The notes: generated by a model not told the origin, from the letters alone. Positions 20,383 to 28,735 are shown, numbered from the stretch's first letter. The stretch: 40,283 nucleotides of DNA from a virus (IMGVR_UViG_2909309443_000006:1-40283); one strand, 5' to 3'. Translations and numbers: made by a program.

Positions 20383-20658
20383 TCACCTCCGTAATGAAAG
20401 GATTTTTGATACGTTCCCGCGTGCTCGTATCACCAGCACGCAGAACACCAGGTTAATCAGGACGACCAGCCAGTTACCGGGTGGAAAGCGACCACACAGA
20501 TAACAAAGTGGCGCAAAGGCATACAGCAGCATCAGCAGCCAGGCCAGCCACGACATCAGCGGTTTATGTCTGGAATCACCACGACGATAAAAAAAGAGCG
20601 TCAGCACGATAACCGTGCTTAACACCACATTCAGTAATCCGGGAAGGTTACTTAACAT
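20383..20658 (-). CDS. Holin-like membrane protein (three predicted TM segments)
   Basis: 91 aa from ATG at 20658 (GGAGG SD); hydrophobic segments; sits between holin and endolysin. Confidence 0.55.
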   Translation of the reverse strand: MLSNLPGLLNVVLSTVIVLTLFFYRRGDSRHKPLMSWLAWLLMLLYAFAPLCYLCGRFPPGNWLVVLINLVFCVLVIRARGNVSKILSLRR

Positions 20659-21037
20659 TACCGCCTCCACCCCGCAGACGGGAGAACACACCGGACACCA
20701 GCGATGCAATATCCTGCTGGTGGATGAACGACAGAATCTTCACCGACACCACCGATACCAGCACCGCACACAGCGCATCTGCCGATGTACCGTCATACCC
20801 TGTTTTTGATGCAATCCAGGCTGACAGCACGCGCGCCCCCAGCACGCCGACGATAAACGACACCAAAAAATGCGCCACCACACGCCAGACTGAAAGCGCC
20901 TGCGGCATCGTTGCCACAAATAACGCCCCGGCGAACGCACCAAACACAATCCCGAAATCCGTTCCGGTAAACAGCCCGAATACCGTCGCCCCACCGAGCG
21001 CCGCAGCCGTGCCGGAACCAGATAAGGGTTCAGACAT
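20648..21037 (-). CDS. Putative holin (Gly-rich multi-TM membrane protein)
   Basis: 129 aa from ATG at 21037 (AGGAGA SD); several Gly/Ala-rich hydrophobic segments; first gene of lysis cassette. Confidence 0.55.
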   Translation of the reverse strand: MSEPLSGSGTAAALGGATVFGLFTGTDFGIVFGAFAGALFVATMPQALSVWRVVAHFLVSFIVGVLGARVLSAWIASKTGYDGTSADALCAVLVSVVSVKILSFIHQQDIASLVSGVFSRLRGGGGNVK

Positions 21038-21201
21038 ACGTTTTTCTCCTGTAAATAAAAAAGGGCCACCAGCGGCCCGTAAAAACACCCCGTCAAAGGC
21101 GCCCGCAGATGCCTTTTGCGCGGCGTTATTTGATGTGATATGCGCCGGGTGTGGCGAGGATATGAAAAAGGCCGCCGTAGCGAGCCATGAAAAAAATGAA
21201 T

Positions 21202-21227
21202 AAAAAAAACCGCCTGGTGCGGCGGTT
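21202..21227 (-). terminator. Intrinsic terminator between tRNA cluster and lysis genes
   Basis: 7 bp hairpin AACCGCC/GGCGGTT followed on the minus strand by T8. Confidence 0.6.
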
Positions 21228-21501
21228 AAGGATGTATTTCCAAGTTTTGCTTAGTACGCGATTAATCTCAACGTTATTCTGAGCGATGCTTACAACATCA
21301 GAATGATGCATTACCGACCCTGCCAGGAAATACAAAATCTCCACCGATAATGCACCATTCTGCTGTCGTAAAAAAAATCAGCACTGAGGCTAACCTGGCC
21401 TCAAATCATAGCCAGAGAACAGAATGTCTCTTAAAACAACCTGCTCCCACGTAATAAAAAATACGCCAGTGCTGCAATACAATAAGGCTTATTTCAAATG
21501 C

Positions 21502-21576
<75 letters not shown>

Positions 21577-21579
21577 ATA

Positions 21580-21655
<76 letters not shown>

Positions 21656-21657
21656 AC

Positions 21658-21734
21658 TGGCCCGCCACCGAGGACTCGAACCTCGCACACTCAACTTAAA
21701 GGGTTGACGCTCTTTCCTGATGAACTGGTGACGG
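21658..21734 (-). tRNA. tRNA-like gene with non-canonical anticodon loop (CCUUUAA, C at position 33); possibly degenerate tRNA-Lys
   Basis: 77 nt cloverleaf foldable (acceptor with one G-U, T-stem CGAGG/CCUCG, T-loop UUCGAGU, CCA encoded) but position 8 is C and U33 is replaced by C. Confidence 0.45.
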
Positions 21735-21735
21735 T

Positions 21736-21811
21736 TGGTGGCCCTTGCTGGATTTGAACCAGCGACCTGGCGATTATGAGTCGCTCGCTCTCACCACTGA
21801 GCTAAAGGGCC
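21736..21811 (-). tRNA. tRNA with CAU anticodon, ileX/ileZ-like (tRNA-Ile2; Met not excluded)
   Basis: 76 nt; GGCCCUUUAGCUCAGUGGUGAGAGC...CUCAUAA...GGUUCAAAUCC...CCA; resembles E. coli ileX as remembered. Confidence 0.8.
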
Positions 21812-21860
21812 GGGAGCAGAATAATAATGGTGCGTAATTAATTCTGCAATCTCATCCGTT

Positions 21861-22910
21861 TCAAACGATTAAATCCTGAACTTCCCTGACTGTCTGTTCA
21901 AAACGTCCTGTCTCCAGCTCAACACCAATCGCACAACGCCCCAGTGCCATCGCCGCTTTTACCGTTGAACCTGAACCCATAAAAAAATCTGCAACCAGGT
22001 CTCCCGGACGACTGCTCGCGTTGATTATCTGCTGCAGCATTTCTGCCGGTTTTTCGCACGGATGTTTCCCTGGATAGTACTGCACCGGTTTATGCGTCCA
22101 GACATCGGTGTACGGAACCTGCGCCGTCACACCGAAATACCGCCGCAAATTTTTATATTCACTCAGCAATTCCGTATACTGCCGGTTCAGCTCACTGTAT
22201 GTGCTGACCAGCTGGTGGTGTGGTTTTTCCAGTTCCCCGCGCTGATGTTTTTCTGCCGCAACACGCGCAAACAACGCCTGCAATTTGTTGTAATCACCCT
22301 CGTTCGGTAACTGCCACTGACTGGTACCAAACCAGTGCGAAGCCATGTTTTTCTTTCCGGTGGCTTCCGCTATCTGTTTTGACGTTATTCCCAGTGATTT
22401 ACGCGCATCACGAAAGTAAGAAATCAGCGGGGCCATGACGTGCTGTTTTAGCTCGCGCCCCTGTGCCACATAGCCATCATCTTTCGGGCGATACGGTCCC
22501 TGATAATGTTCTGCAAACAGAATGCGCTCTGTTGCCGGAAAATACGCCCGCAGACTTTCCTTATTGCACCCGTTCCAGCGTCCGGACGGCTTCGCCCAGA
22601 TAATGTGGTTCAGCACATTAAAGCGCTCACGCATCATGATTTCGGTGTCAGATGCCAGGCGATGACCACAGAACAGGTAAAGACTTCCGGCAGGCTTCAG
22701 TACCCGCCAGAACTGCGCCAGACACTGGTCCAGCCATTTCAGGTAATCATCGTCGCCCTCCCACTGGTTATCCCAGCCCTCGGGCTTCACTTTAAAGTAT
22801 GGCGGGTCTGTGACTATCAGATCGACAGAGTTTTCCGGTAAGGTCTGGATAAATTTCAGGCAATCAGCGTTGATTAACTCACAACTGGATATTTTTACAG
22901 TATTAGTCAT
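21861..22910 (-). CDS. Orphan DNA methyltransferase (beta-class N6A/N4C amino-MTase)
   Basis: 349 aa; DPPY motif (LIVTDPPYF) near N-terminus and AdoMet-binding FMGSGST near C-terminus; no adjacent restriction gene. Confidence 0.8.
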   Translation of the reverse strand: MTNTVKISSCELINADCLKFIQTLPENSVDLIVTDPPYFKVKPEGWDNQWEGDDDYLKWLDQCLAQFWRVLKPAGSLYLFCGHRLASDTEIMMRERFNVLNHIIWAKPSGRWNGCNKESLRAYFPATERILFAEHYQGPYRPKDDGYVAQGRELKQHVMAPLISYFRDARKSLGITSKQIAEATGKKNMASHWFGTSQWQLPNEGDYNKLQALFARVAAEKHQRGELEKPHHQLVSTYSELNRQYTELLSEYKNLRRYFGVTAQVPYTDVWTHKPVQYYPGKHPCEKPAEMLQQIINASSRPGDLVADFFMGSGSTVKAAMALGRCAIGVELETGRFEQTVREVQDLIV

Positions 22911-23060
22911 AGATCAATAAGCACTTCTCTGATAGGCTCATACTGCTTTTGCGCAAAGCAGATGGGCCTGAGGTTTGCTTGTGACCCCAACGCATGAGCA
23001 GATGGCTGGCAGGTGCCGCTAACACCCACCAGCCGCCCATTACCACAAATTAAAAAGCCT

Positions 23061-23258
23061 TCACTGCAGAAGGCGTCTGTAACAACCGAACTGATAATCT
23101 GCCAGACCCGCCATAACAAGCTGGGTCAGGATTAACTGGCAGCGTTCGCGTGAAAGGTAAGTATTCTGCGCAATTTCCCCGACGGTCGCCGGTTCGGTGA
23201 CGCTTAATTCATTAAACACCACTCTGGCGGTTTCGGTCATATCCTGCTGTTTTAGCAT
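23061..23258 (-). CDS. Small putative DNA-binding (winged-helix-like) protein
   Basis: 65 aa from ATG at 23258; segment TVGEIAQNTYLSRERCQLILTQLVMAGL looks HTH-like; start uncertain (ORF track extends to a GTG at 23345). Confidence 0.4.
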   Translation of the reverse strand: MLKQQDMTETARVVFNELSVTEPATVGEIAQNTYLSRERCQLILTQLVMAGLADYQFGCYRRLLQ

Positions 23259-23477
23259 GTCTTTTTCCCTTTTCTGGTTAACGTGACATACCAATAACTC
23301 TTGTCTAAAAAGCCAGCAAGCTGAAAGACCGGTATTCGCAACCACCAGCGCGTTTAACGTACTGCATCAATTTTCGAGCATAAAAAGACCGCCTGAGGGC
23401 AGCCTTTTTACATTAAAATTAAGTTTTCTTTAACTATGTTGTATGTGAAATTAGCATTCCCTACTGAGTTTATACAA

Positions 23478-24221
23478 CTAATCTGACGTCACACGCACCA
23501 TTATACTTACTAAAGAAAAGTCATCATCAGGTCCGGCTCTCTCTATACGACGCAAAATGCCATTAGAAAACTTCTGACTATTACTCATCGTATTTGATGT
23601 AAATCTGGGGCGTTTTTCCCAAACGTTATGAACCCCATCAGACATGATACACAGATGATATACCCCGTTAATACTAGGTAAATCTTTCCATGTGATAAAA
23701 TCACAGTCGTATTCCATATCAACATTTGAGGCTATAGCCGTCGTTAAGATATTTTTGCCCGGTTTATCCTTCAAATCTCTGGGTTTAAAAATATTCTGAT
23801 CAATTAGCATCTGATGCCTGGTATCGTCCTTCGTCAATTGGTATGCTTTCTTCTCTCCAATGCAATACAAACGACAATCACCAATATGACCAATAATAAT
23901 TCCGCTATCACAAACATAACAAAACGTAAGTGTAGTAGCAGCTTTATCGAACTCATCATTAACATCAGCTAACGACATAACCTTTCGCTTAACTTCATCA
24001 AATACATCCGGAACTGTGTCAAAAGATAAGCTTGTCAATGCTGAAAGTTCAGCAATTGCCATTGATGAAGCCTGACTGGCACCAGTGTATGAACCTACAC
24101 CATCAGCTACGGCAAATAAGATGCCATCCCCTACAATTTTGGGAGGAAGCAATGAATCTTCGTTGACCCTACCTGGTTCTTTTGGATACGAGAATGATGA
24201 AGTCGCTATCAGCTGAATCAT
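23478..24221 (-). CDS. PP2C-family (PPM) Ser/Thr protein phosphatase
   Basis: 247 aa; motifs NEDS, FAVADGVGS, GHIGDCR, MSDGV, acidic C-terminal DDDFSLVSIM; AAGGAG SD; start ATG overlaps kinase stop (ATGA at 24218-24221). Confidence 0.8.
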   Translation of the reverse strand: MIQLIATSSFSYPKEPGRVNEDSLLPPKIVGDGILFAVADGVGSYTGASQASSMAIAELSALTSLSFDTVPDVFDEVKRKVMSLADVNDEFDKAATTLTFCYVCDSGIIIGHIGDCRLYCIGEKKAYQLTKDDTRHQMLIDQNIFKPRDLKDKPGKNILTTAIASNVDMEYDCDFITWKDLPSINGVYHLCIMSDGVHNVWEKRPRFTSNTMSNSQKFSNGILRRIERAGPDDDFSLVSIMVRVTSD

Positions 24222-24982
24222 GACTCACTCCTTAAAAAAGAATGCACAAAATCAAACGCCACATCATCTATTGTCTGATATCTATCATCTTTATCCATCC
24301 TGGTACACTTCGCTATGATAGGCTTTATTTTTTTATCATCTAAATTTAAGTCCTCAATTAACCGCCCCACCGCATAAACATCAGTCTTAACTGAATACTC
24401 GGCATTATATAAAATCTCGGGAGCCATATATCTTGTACTTCCCATACGGGTACCGATCTCGGTCAATTTAGTGGTATCCCCTTCGGGATTTGTATCTTTT
24501 ACCAGACCAAAATCAGACACCTTGTATGTTCCGTCGCTAAATCGCAAGACATTAAATGGTTTTATATCTCTGTGTAAATAGCCTTTCGCATGGATGTGAG
24601 CTACACCATCTAATACCATTTTCACTATTGAAATTTTTTGATCTGTTGTAAGAAGGTTGTTCGTTATTTCGTGCTCAAGATCACATTCTGCTTTATCCAT
24701 AATGAACCATGGATTCTCGGCAAACAAATCGCACAAATAAATAGGAACAATATTGCTATGTACGCAATGTGATTGATACACGACCTCCCTTTTAAAACGC
24801 CTTCTAAACTGCTCTATTTGCGCCAAAAGCTCTGGTTTTTCGGGGGCTAAAACCTTTCTAGCATAATCCCCACATTCACCCTTGTTGAGGTTGTAAACCT
24901 TAACGTGTTCAACAAAGCCAAATGCACCCCTTCCAATCAACTGAATTCGTTTTATAAAGTAATTACCGTGCTGTTCTTCCAT
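24218..24982 (-). CDS. Hanks-type (eukaryotic-like) Ser/Thr protein kinase
   Basis: 254 aa from ATG at 24982; Gly-loop GRGAFGFV, Lys in YARKVL, catalytic loop HRDIKPFN, DFG (VSDFGL), APE (YMAPE). Confidence 0.85.
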   Translation of the reverse strand: MEEQHGNYFIKRIQLIGRGAFGFVEHVKVYNLNKGECGDYARKVLAPEKPELLAQIEQFRRRFKREVVYQSHCVHSNIVPIYLCDLFAENPWFIMDKAECDLEHEITNNLLTTDQKISIVKMVLDGVAHIHAKGYLHRDIKPFNVLRFSDGTYKVSDFGLVKDTNPEGDTTKLTEIGTRMGSTRYMAPEILYNAEYSVKTDVYAVGRLIEDLNLDDKKIKPIIAKCTRMDKDDRYQTIDDVAFDFVHSFLRSES

Positions 24983-25054
24983 TAAGCTCACCGACCTAAA
25001 TTGTAAGAATATCCATATCTTACAACTACAGATAAAAAGGTCCACAGAGTTAAG

Positions 25055-25078
25055 CAAAAAACCCGCATTTAAGCGGGT
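25055..25078 (-). terminator. Intrinsic terminator immediately downstream of the Q-like gene (tR'-like)
   Basis: Hairpin ACCCGC-ATTTAA-GCGGGT followed by T6 on the minus strand, about 50 nt after the Q-like stop. Confidence 0.55.
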
Positions 25079-25114
25079 TTACACACTATACGGCAAAATA
25101 TCACATTTACATAA

Positions 25115-25143
25115 AATGTATGCGATTTAATTGACTTTTGCAA
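25115..25143 (-). promoter_or_regulatory. Candidate PR'-like late promoter overlapping the 3' end of the Q-like gene
   Basis: Minus strand TTGCAA - 17 nt - TACATT, about 25-40 nt upstream of the terminator hairpin. Confidence 0.3.
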
Positions 25144-25822
25144 TATCTCGTCGTGAAAAGGTCGCTTTTTGTTGCGATCTCATTTTCACGGTGCAAATCA
25201 AGGATTCTGTATCGAGTTTCTTAAAAATGTCGCACATCTCACGCCAGTAGTTCGCATAATTATGGCTCCAGTTGTCAGGCTTAACTCCACACAGTCTGGC
25301 AAGTTCCTGTCGCTGGTAGACGTCACGCCCAGTAATCCTCCCCCTGACATCCTGCGCCGCCAGCCAGATTAATTTCTTCAGACGCTCAAGCGTTTTCCCT
25401 GTAATTTTTCTGGTGCCAAAATGCACCTGAAACTTATCCCACGCCCATTTCGCAATGACCACCTGATAATCCCAACTCGGATTTTCACTGTATACCCACA
25501 GCACCCACGCCTTCTGATGCTCTTCAAGAGACAGAACGGCGCGTCGCCATGATGATGTCGAAAACTCAACCGGACTGACCAGGGCAATTGATGAACCTTT
25601 CGCCAGCGATTGCTTTCCCGGGATTGGTGGATTATCCCGCGTTATCATTTTTCCAGTCACTTCATCGCGGTACCGGATTTTTTTTCGCCTGTAACGCCCT
25701 GTATCGAACATGGCATTCTCCTGCCAGGCTTCAAGCTGCCCTTTTGTTGATCCACTCAAATCGGCGGTGGCAATCATGAGTTGCTCACGAACAAACTGTA
25801 AATACTGGTTATTCATGCGCAC
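25127..25822 (-). CDS. Putative late-gene antiterminator (Q-like), assigned mainly by position
   Basis: 231 aa ORF directly after rusA and directly before a promoter-like element plus terminator; no motif recognised. Confidence 0.45.
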   Translation of the reverse strand: MRMNNQYLQFVREQLMIATADLSGSTKGQLEAWQENAMFDTGRYRRKKIRYRDEVTGKMITRDNPPIPGKQSLAKGSSIALVSPVEFSTSSWRRAVLSLEEHQKAWVLWVYSENPSWDYQVVIAKWAWDKFQVHFGTRKITGKTLERLKKLIWLAAQDVRGRITGRDVYQRQELARLCGVKPDNWSHNYANYWREMCDIFKKLDTESLICTVKMRSQQKATFSRRDIAKVN

Positions 25823-26172
25823 TCCAGTTCTGTGATTTTTATCCCCAACCGCCCACCAGGAACAAGCTGACCGCGCACAATATTAATTTCATCAAACTGC
25901 TCGTCGTCGATAAGCAACCCCGCATGTGTCAGTGCATCCAGTGGTGCTTTCAGGATATTGTCCAGGTCACGACGACGTTTATCCGGTGGCTCTGCAATCA
26001 CCTTTATCGCCAGCCTTCCGGACAGGTTTAATTTCAGCCGCTGCTGGCGAACAATAAGCGCCACAGCCCGGCGATAACGCTTTCCCTCCTCCGAGATAAA
26101 ATATGTGCTGCCACGGCGTCGCCAGTAAGTGTTCACCGTCGGCGGGTAAGGTAAAACCAAATCTATGAGCAT
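25813..26172 (-). CDS. rusA: Holliday junction resolvase RusA
   Basis: 119 aa; LPYPPTVNTYW, RRRDLDN, VPGGRLGI motifs, RusA-like. Confidence 0.85.
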   Translation of the reverse strand: MLIDLVLPYPPTVNTYWRRRGSTYFISEEGKRYRRAVALIVRQQRLKLNLSGRLAIKVIAEPPDKRRRDLDNILKAPLDALTHAGLLIDDEQFDEINIVRGQLVPGGRLGIKITELECA

Positions 26173-26184
26173 CAGTCACCTCTT

Positions 26185-27306
26185 TTACCCAAGCACGCCA
26201 GTTGCAAAGGCGTGATCAAGAAAACGAAAAATTAAATCAACCTGAGAACCATGCTTTTCTTCGAACGCCAGCGGATCCGCATGAAGCTCGTTGTGATGCC
26301 CCCGACACAGCGGTAGCGTGAAAATATCGTGAGATTTTGTCCCCATTCCGCCCTGACCATGACCAATCAGGTGATGGGGATCGTCGGCTGGCTTACCACA
26401 ACACGCACACGGCTGTGTCTTCACCCAGCGTGTGTATTTCTCGTTAACCCAGCGGCGACGTTTAGGTCGTTTCATGAAAGATTCCGGAGACTCAGGATCA
26501 ACGGCAATGCTGACCACCGTCTTTTCCTGTGGTGGGTTCTGTTGCTGGTGGGCGTGAGGCAGCGGCGCAAGATTTTTTGTGCGCTGCTTCAGCATGCTGG
26601 TGGCGGTCTGCTCTCCCGGCACGATGTCGCTCTCGCGGTATACTGAGCGAATTTTTTCCGCACGTAACCCCAGAGAACGACGTAATGCTGCCTCTGGTAG
26701 CGCGTCCGCCACCTGATTGCAGACCGCCCACCAGGATAATTCAGCCAGCGATAATTCCCGCTCCTGCGTGCCATTCATTGCGTGGCGGATGACATCAATC
26801 ATCCATGCTGACAGGTTTTGGTGAGCAAGCTGCCCGAGTGATTCAGAAGTCTGGTCACGCAGCTGGTTGTCGCAGTACCAGCACAACACCATTGCGCCAG
26901 TACCATAACGGTGAATAACGGTTTCACTGTGATGATAGTCACCATGAGGCCACTGGCAGGATTTAACGTGGCGTAACAGCCAGTCAGACAATGCACCAGC
27001 ACCACCAGCAGCACGAATCACCCGCTCATCGCTGAAAAATGGCAGTAATGATTTATCCTCCGCCAGCGGCTGGCGAACAGCAGGAACGACTCCGGACGGC
27101 AGACCATGCATGCTTTTCGGTTCCGGCTCCACCAGAACTCGAGGGTTATGAAATACCTGCATGGATTCACGGCCCGGTTTTAGCACCACCAGCCCAAGTT
27201 CCGGTACCGGAACAGGTCGAAGTAATACCCGCACGTTACCTCCAGATGCGTTGCTGGAATGTGCGGGACGGACGCGGTGGGCGTTCGGAATAAGGGAGCC
27301 TGACAT
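26185..27306 (-). CDS. DUF968-like nin-region protein with C-terminal HNH-like Cys/His motif
   Basis: 373 aa ORF; C-terminus TQPCACCGKPADDPHHLIGHG...CRGHHNELH; true start uncertain (several in-frame Met). Confidence 0.55.
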   Translation of the reverse strand: MSGSLIPNAHRVRPAHSSNASGGNVRVLLRPVPVPELGLVVLKPGRESMQVFHNPRVLVEPEPKSMHGLPSGVVPAVRQPLAEDKSLLPFFSDERVIRAAGGAGALSDWLLRHVKSCQWPHGDYHHSETVIHRYGTGAMVLCWYCDNQLRDQTSESLGQLAHQNLSAWMIDVIRHAMNGTQERELSLAELSWWAVCNQVADALPEAALRRSLGLRAEKIRSVYRESDIVPGEQTATSMLKQRTKNLAPLPHAHQQQNPPQEKTVVSIAVDPESPESFMKRPKRRRWVNEKYTRWVKTQPCACCGKPADDPHHLIGHGQGGMGTKSHDIFTLPLCRGHHNELHADPLAFEEKHGSQVDLIFRFLDHAFATGVLG

Positions 27307-27508
27307 AGATTATCCAGTGACGATAATCGAGGCTGAGGGCTTTCTTAACCTCGTATCCGCGCCTGCGGTAGTTATGAATTAGCCATTCGGCCTGTTCTTC
27401 AGTACATGGTGGGTGTTGGTACCAGTCGGTTTTAAATGCGTGTGAACGCCGCCCGTGCCGGATGGCAAGGTCGGTATCAGAATTGTGAAATTTGTTTTTG
27501 TGCGCCAT
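27236..27508 (-). CDS. Hypothetical protein
   Basis: 90 aa from ATG at 27508, weak SD; overlaps the annotated start region of the downstream gene. Confidence 0.3.
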   Translation of the reverse strand: MAHKNKFHNSDTDLAIRHGRRSHAFKTDWYQHPPCTEEQAEWLIHNYRRRGYEVKKALSLDYRHWIIYVRLPYSERPPRPSRTFQQRIWR

Positions 27509-27582
27509 CGGTTGTCTCTGCTGGCGCAGCAGGTGCCAGTTGTTCAGGCTGGCGTGCGAATTGTAAACCAGAATGCCAGGAA

Positions 27583-27609
27583 AAAACAAAACCCGCCGAA
27601 GCGGGTTTT
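27583..27609. terminator. Intrinsic terminator downstream of the Doc-family gene
   Basis: Hairpin AAACCCGC-CGAA-GCGGGTTT with T-runs on both strands. Confidence 0.55.
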
Positions 27610-27623
27610 CATTGGAAGCACCT

Positions 27624-28109
27624 TTAGTTTTGCTGTTCTATTTTAAGCTTGATAGTTTCATACAAAACAATAGTTGCGCCTGTTTTACATAATTCCCGGC
27701 TGTCATACGCGCGAGACCAATAACACAACCAGTTCTCGAGATCTTCTCGAGTATAGGTTTTGCAGGCCAGTCCCTCTGCCATTTCCACGATTTCATCGCC
27801 TGGTGCTGTTAACTCATAGCCATTCAACAACAAGAAGACGTAACCAGCCATCATAGCTGTTCGTTTGTTCGCATTAGCAAACGGATGATTCTGAATCAGA
27901 CTTTCAATCAATACCGATGCCAGTACAAACATGTCATTAGTCTGTTCATACCATCGAACCATGCTGGGACGGGCCTGAGAAGAACTTAAGTTATCTGGAC
28001 TCAGAACACCAACGGGCTCATCTGGCGTCTGTAATTCAATTAGGGAACGATTGATTTCAACAAGATCATCAACCGTAAGGTAATGCACTCCTTCAACAAT
28101 CTCAGCCAT
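27624..28109 (-). CDS. Fic/Doc-family protein (Doc-like toxin)
   Basis: 161 aa from ATG at 28109; motif HPFANANKRTA fits the Doc signature H-x-F-x-(D/N)-(A/G)-N-K-R. Confidence 0.7.
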   Translation of the reverse strand: MAEIVEGVHYLTVDDLVEINRSLIELQTPDEPVGVLSPDNLSSSQARPSMVRWYEQTNDMFVLASVLIESLIQNHPFANANKRTAMMAGYVFLLLNGYELTAPGDEIVEMAEGLACKTYTREDLENWLCYWSRAYDSRELCKTGATIVLYETIKLKIEQQN

Positions 28110-28127
28110 AGAGCACAATACCCATCA

Positions 28128-28307
28128 TTACACTTTTGAAAGTTCTTCCATGGCTTTCTCATAACGAGAAAAACCGAAATCAAAAGCATTTTTCACTTGT
28201 TCACGATGTGCGCAGTTTTCATCAATCGCTGGGCGAGGGACTGCCACAACGCTTTTATCGCGAGGCGGAATACTCAACCGCGTGTGTTTTTTGAGTGGGC
28301 AGCTCAT
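28128..28307 (-). CDS. Small protein upstream of Doc, putative cognate antitoxin
   Basis: 59 aa from ATG at 28307 with AAGGA SD; ends 19 nt upstream of the Doc start; no family recognised. Confidence 0.45.
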   Translation of the reverse strand: MSCPLKKHTRLSIPPRDKSVVAVPRPAIDENCAHREQVKNAFDFGFSRYEKAMEELSKV

Positions 28308-28432
28308 ACTAATGAGTCCTTTTGTTTTCCGATTATTGGCAAAGCCATGCACCAAATTTGATGCAAAATAGATCTGTTTGAGATCCTTAGGATAGTCTAA
28401 TGGTAGCTAAAATTACAACCTCATTATGCGAC

Positions 28433-28454
28433 GAAAAACCCGCCGAAGCGGGTT
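28433..28454 (-). terminator. Intrinsic terminator downstream of hok
   Basis: Hairpin AACCCGC-CGAA-GCGGGTT followed by a T-run on the minus strand; same stem sequence as the Doc terminator. Confidence 0.5.
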
Positions 28455-28522
28455 AAGTGCGGGTGCGTTGAGGATGCCTGACACATCAGAGGTGGCGAGG
28501 GATTTCTCCCTCGCCTGGTCTC

Positions 28523-28678
28523 TTACTCCTCAGGTTCGTAAGCTGTGAAGACAGCGACCTCCGTCTGGCCGGTTCGGATTCGTACCTCGCAGAGGTCTTT
28601 CCTCGTTACCAGTGCCGTCACTATGACGGTTAAACAGATGACGATAAGGGCGATTAACATCGCCTTTTGCTGCTTCAT
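28523..28678 (-). CDS. hok: Hok/Gef family type I toxin (HokD/RelF-like)
   Basis: 51 aa MKQQKAMLIALIVICLTVIVTALVTRKDLCEVRIRTGQTEVAVFTAYEPEE; AAGGAG SD. Confidence 0.85.
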   Translation of the reverse strand: MKQQKAMLIALIVICLTVIVTALVTRKDLCEVRIRTGQTEVAVFTAYEPEE

Positions 28679-28735
28679 AGCCTGCTTCTCCTTGCCTTTC
28701 GGCACGTAAGAGGCTAACCTACATTTGTGAGACAT
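28523..28735 (-). CDS. mok: Mok (overlapping reading frame that couples hok translation)
   Basis: 70 aa ORF from ATG at 28735 in frame with and containing hok, as in hok/sok loci. Confidence 0.5.
   Translation of the reverse strand: MSHKCRLASYVPKGKEKQAMKQQKAMLIALIVICLTVIVTALVTRKDLCEVRIRTGQTEVAVFTAYEPEE

Noticed and set aside
22907-23119. 70 aa ORF between methyltransferase and the small HTH gene
   Set aside because: Overlaps the better-supported 65 aa ORF in another frame; Cys-rich, no SD; likely spurious.
23381-23410. Possible terminator downstream of the phosphatase (A5-GC segment-T5)
   Set aside because: The stem pairs for only about 3 bp despite the flanking A/T runs; not convincing.
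25057-25057. Extended kinase start at 25057 as listed in the ORF track
   Set aside because: That start is a TTG inside the terminator hairpin; the first ATG (24982) precedes the Gly-rich loop at a normal distance.
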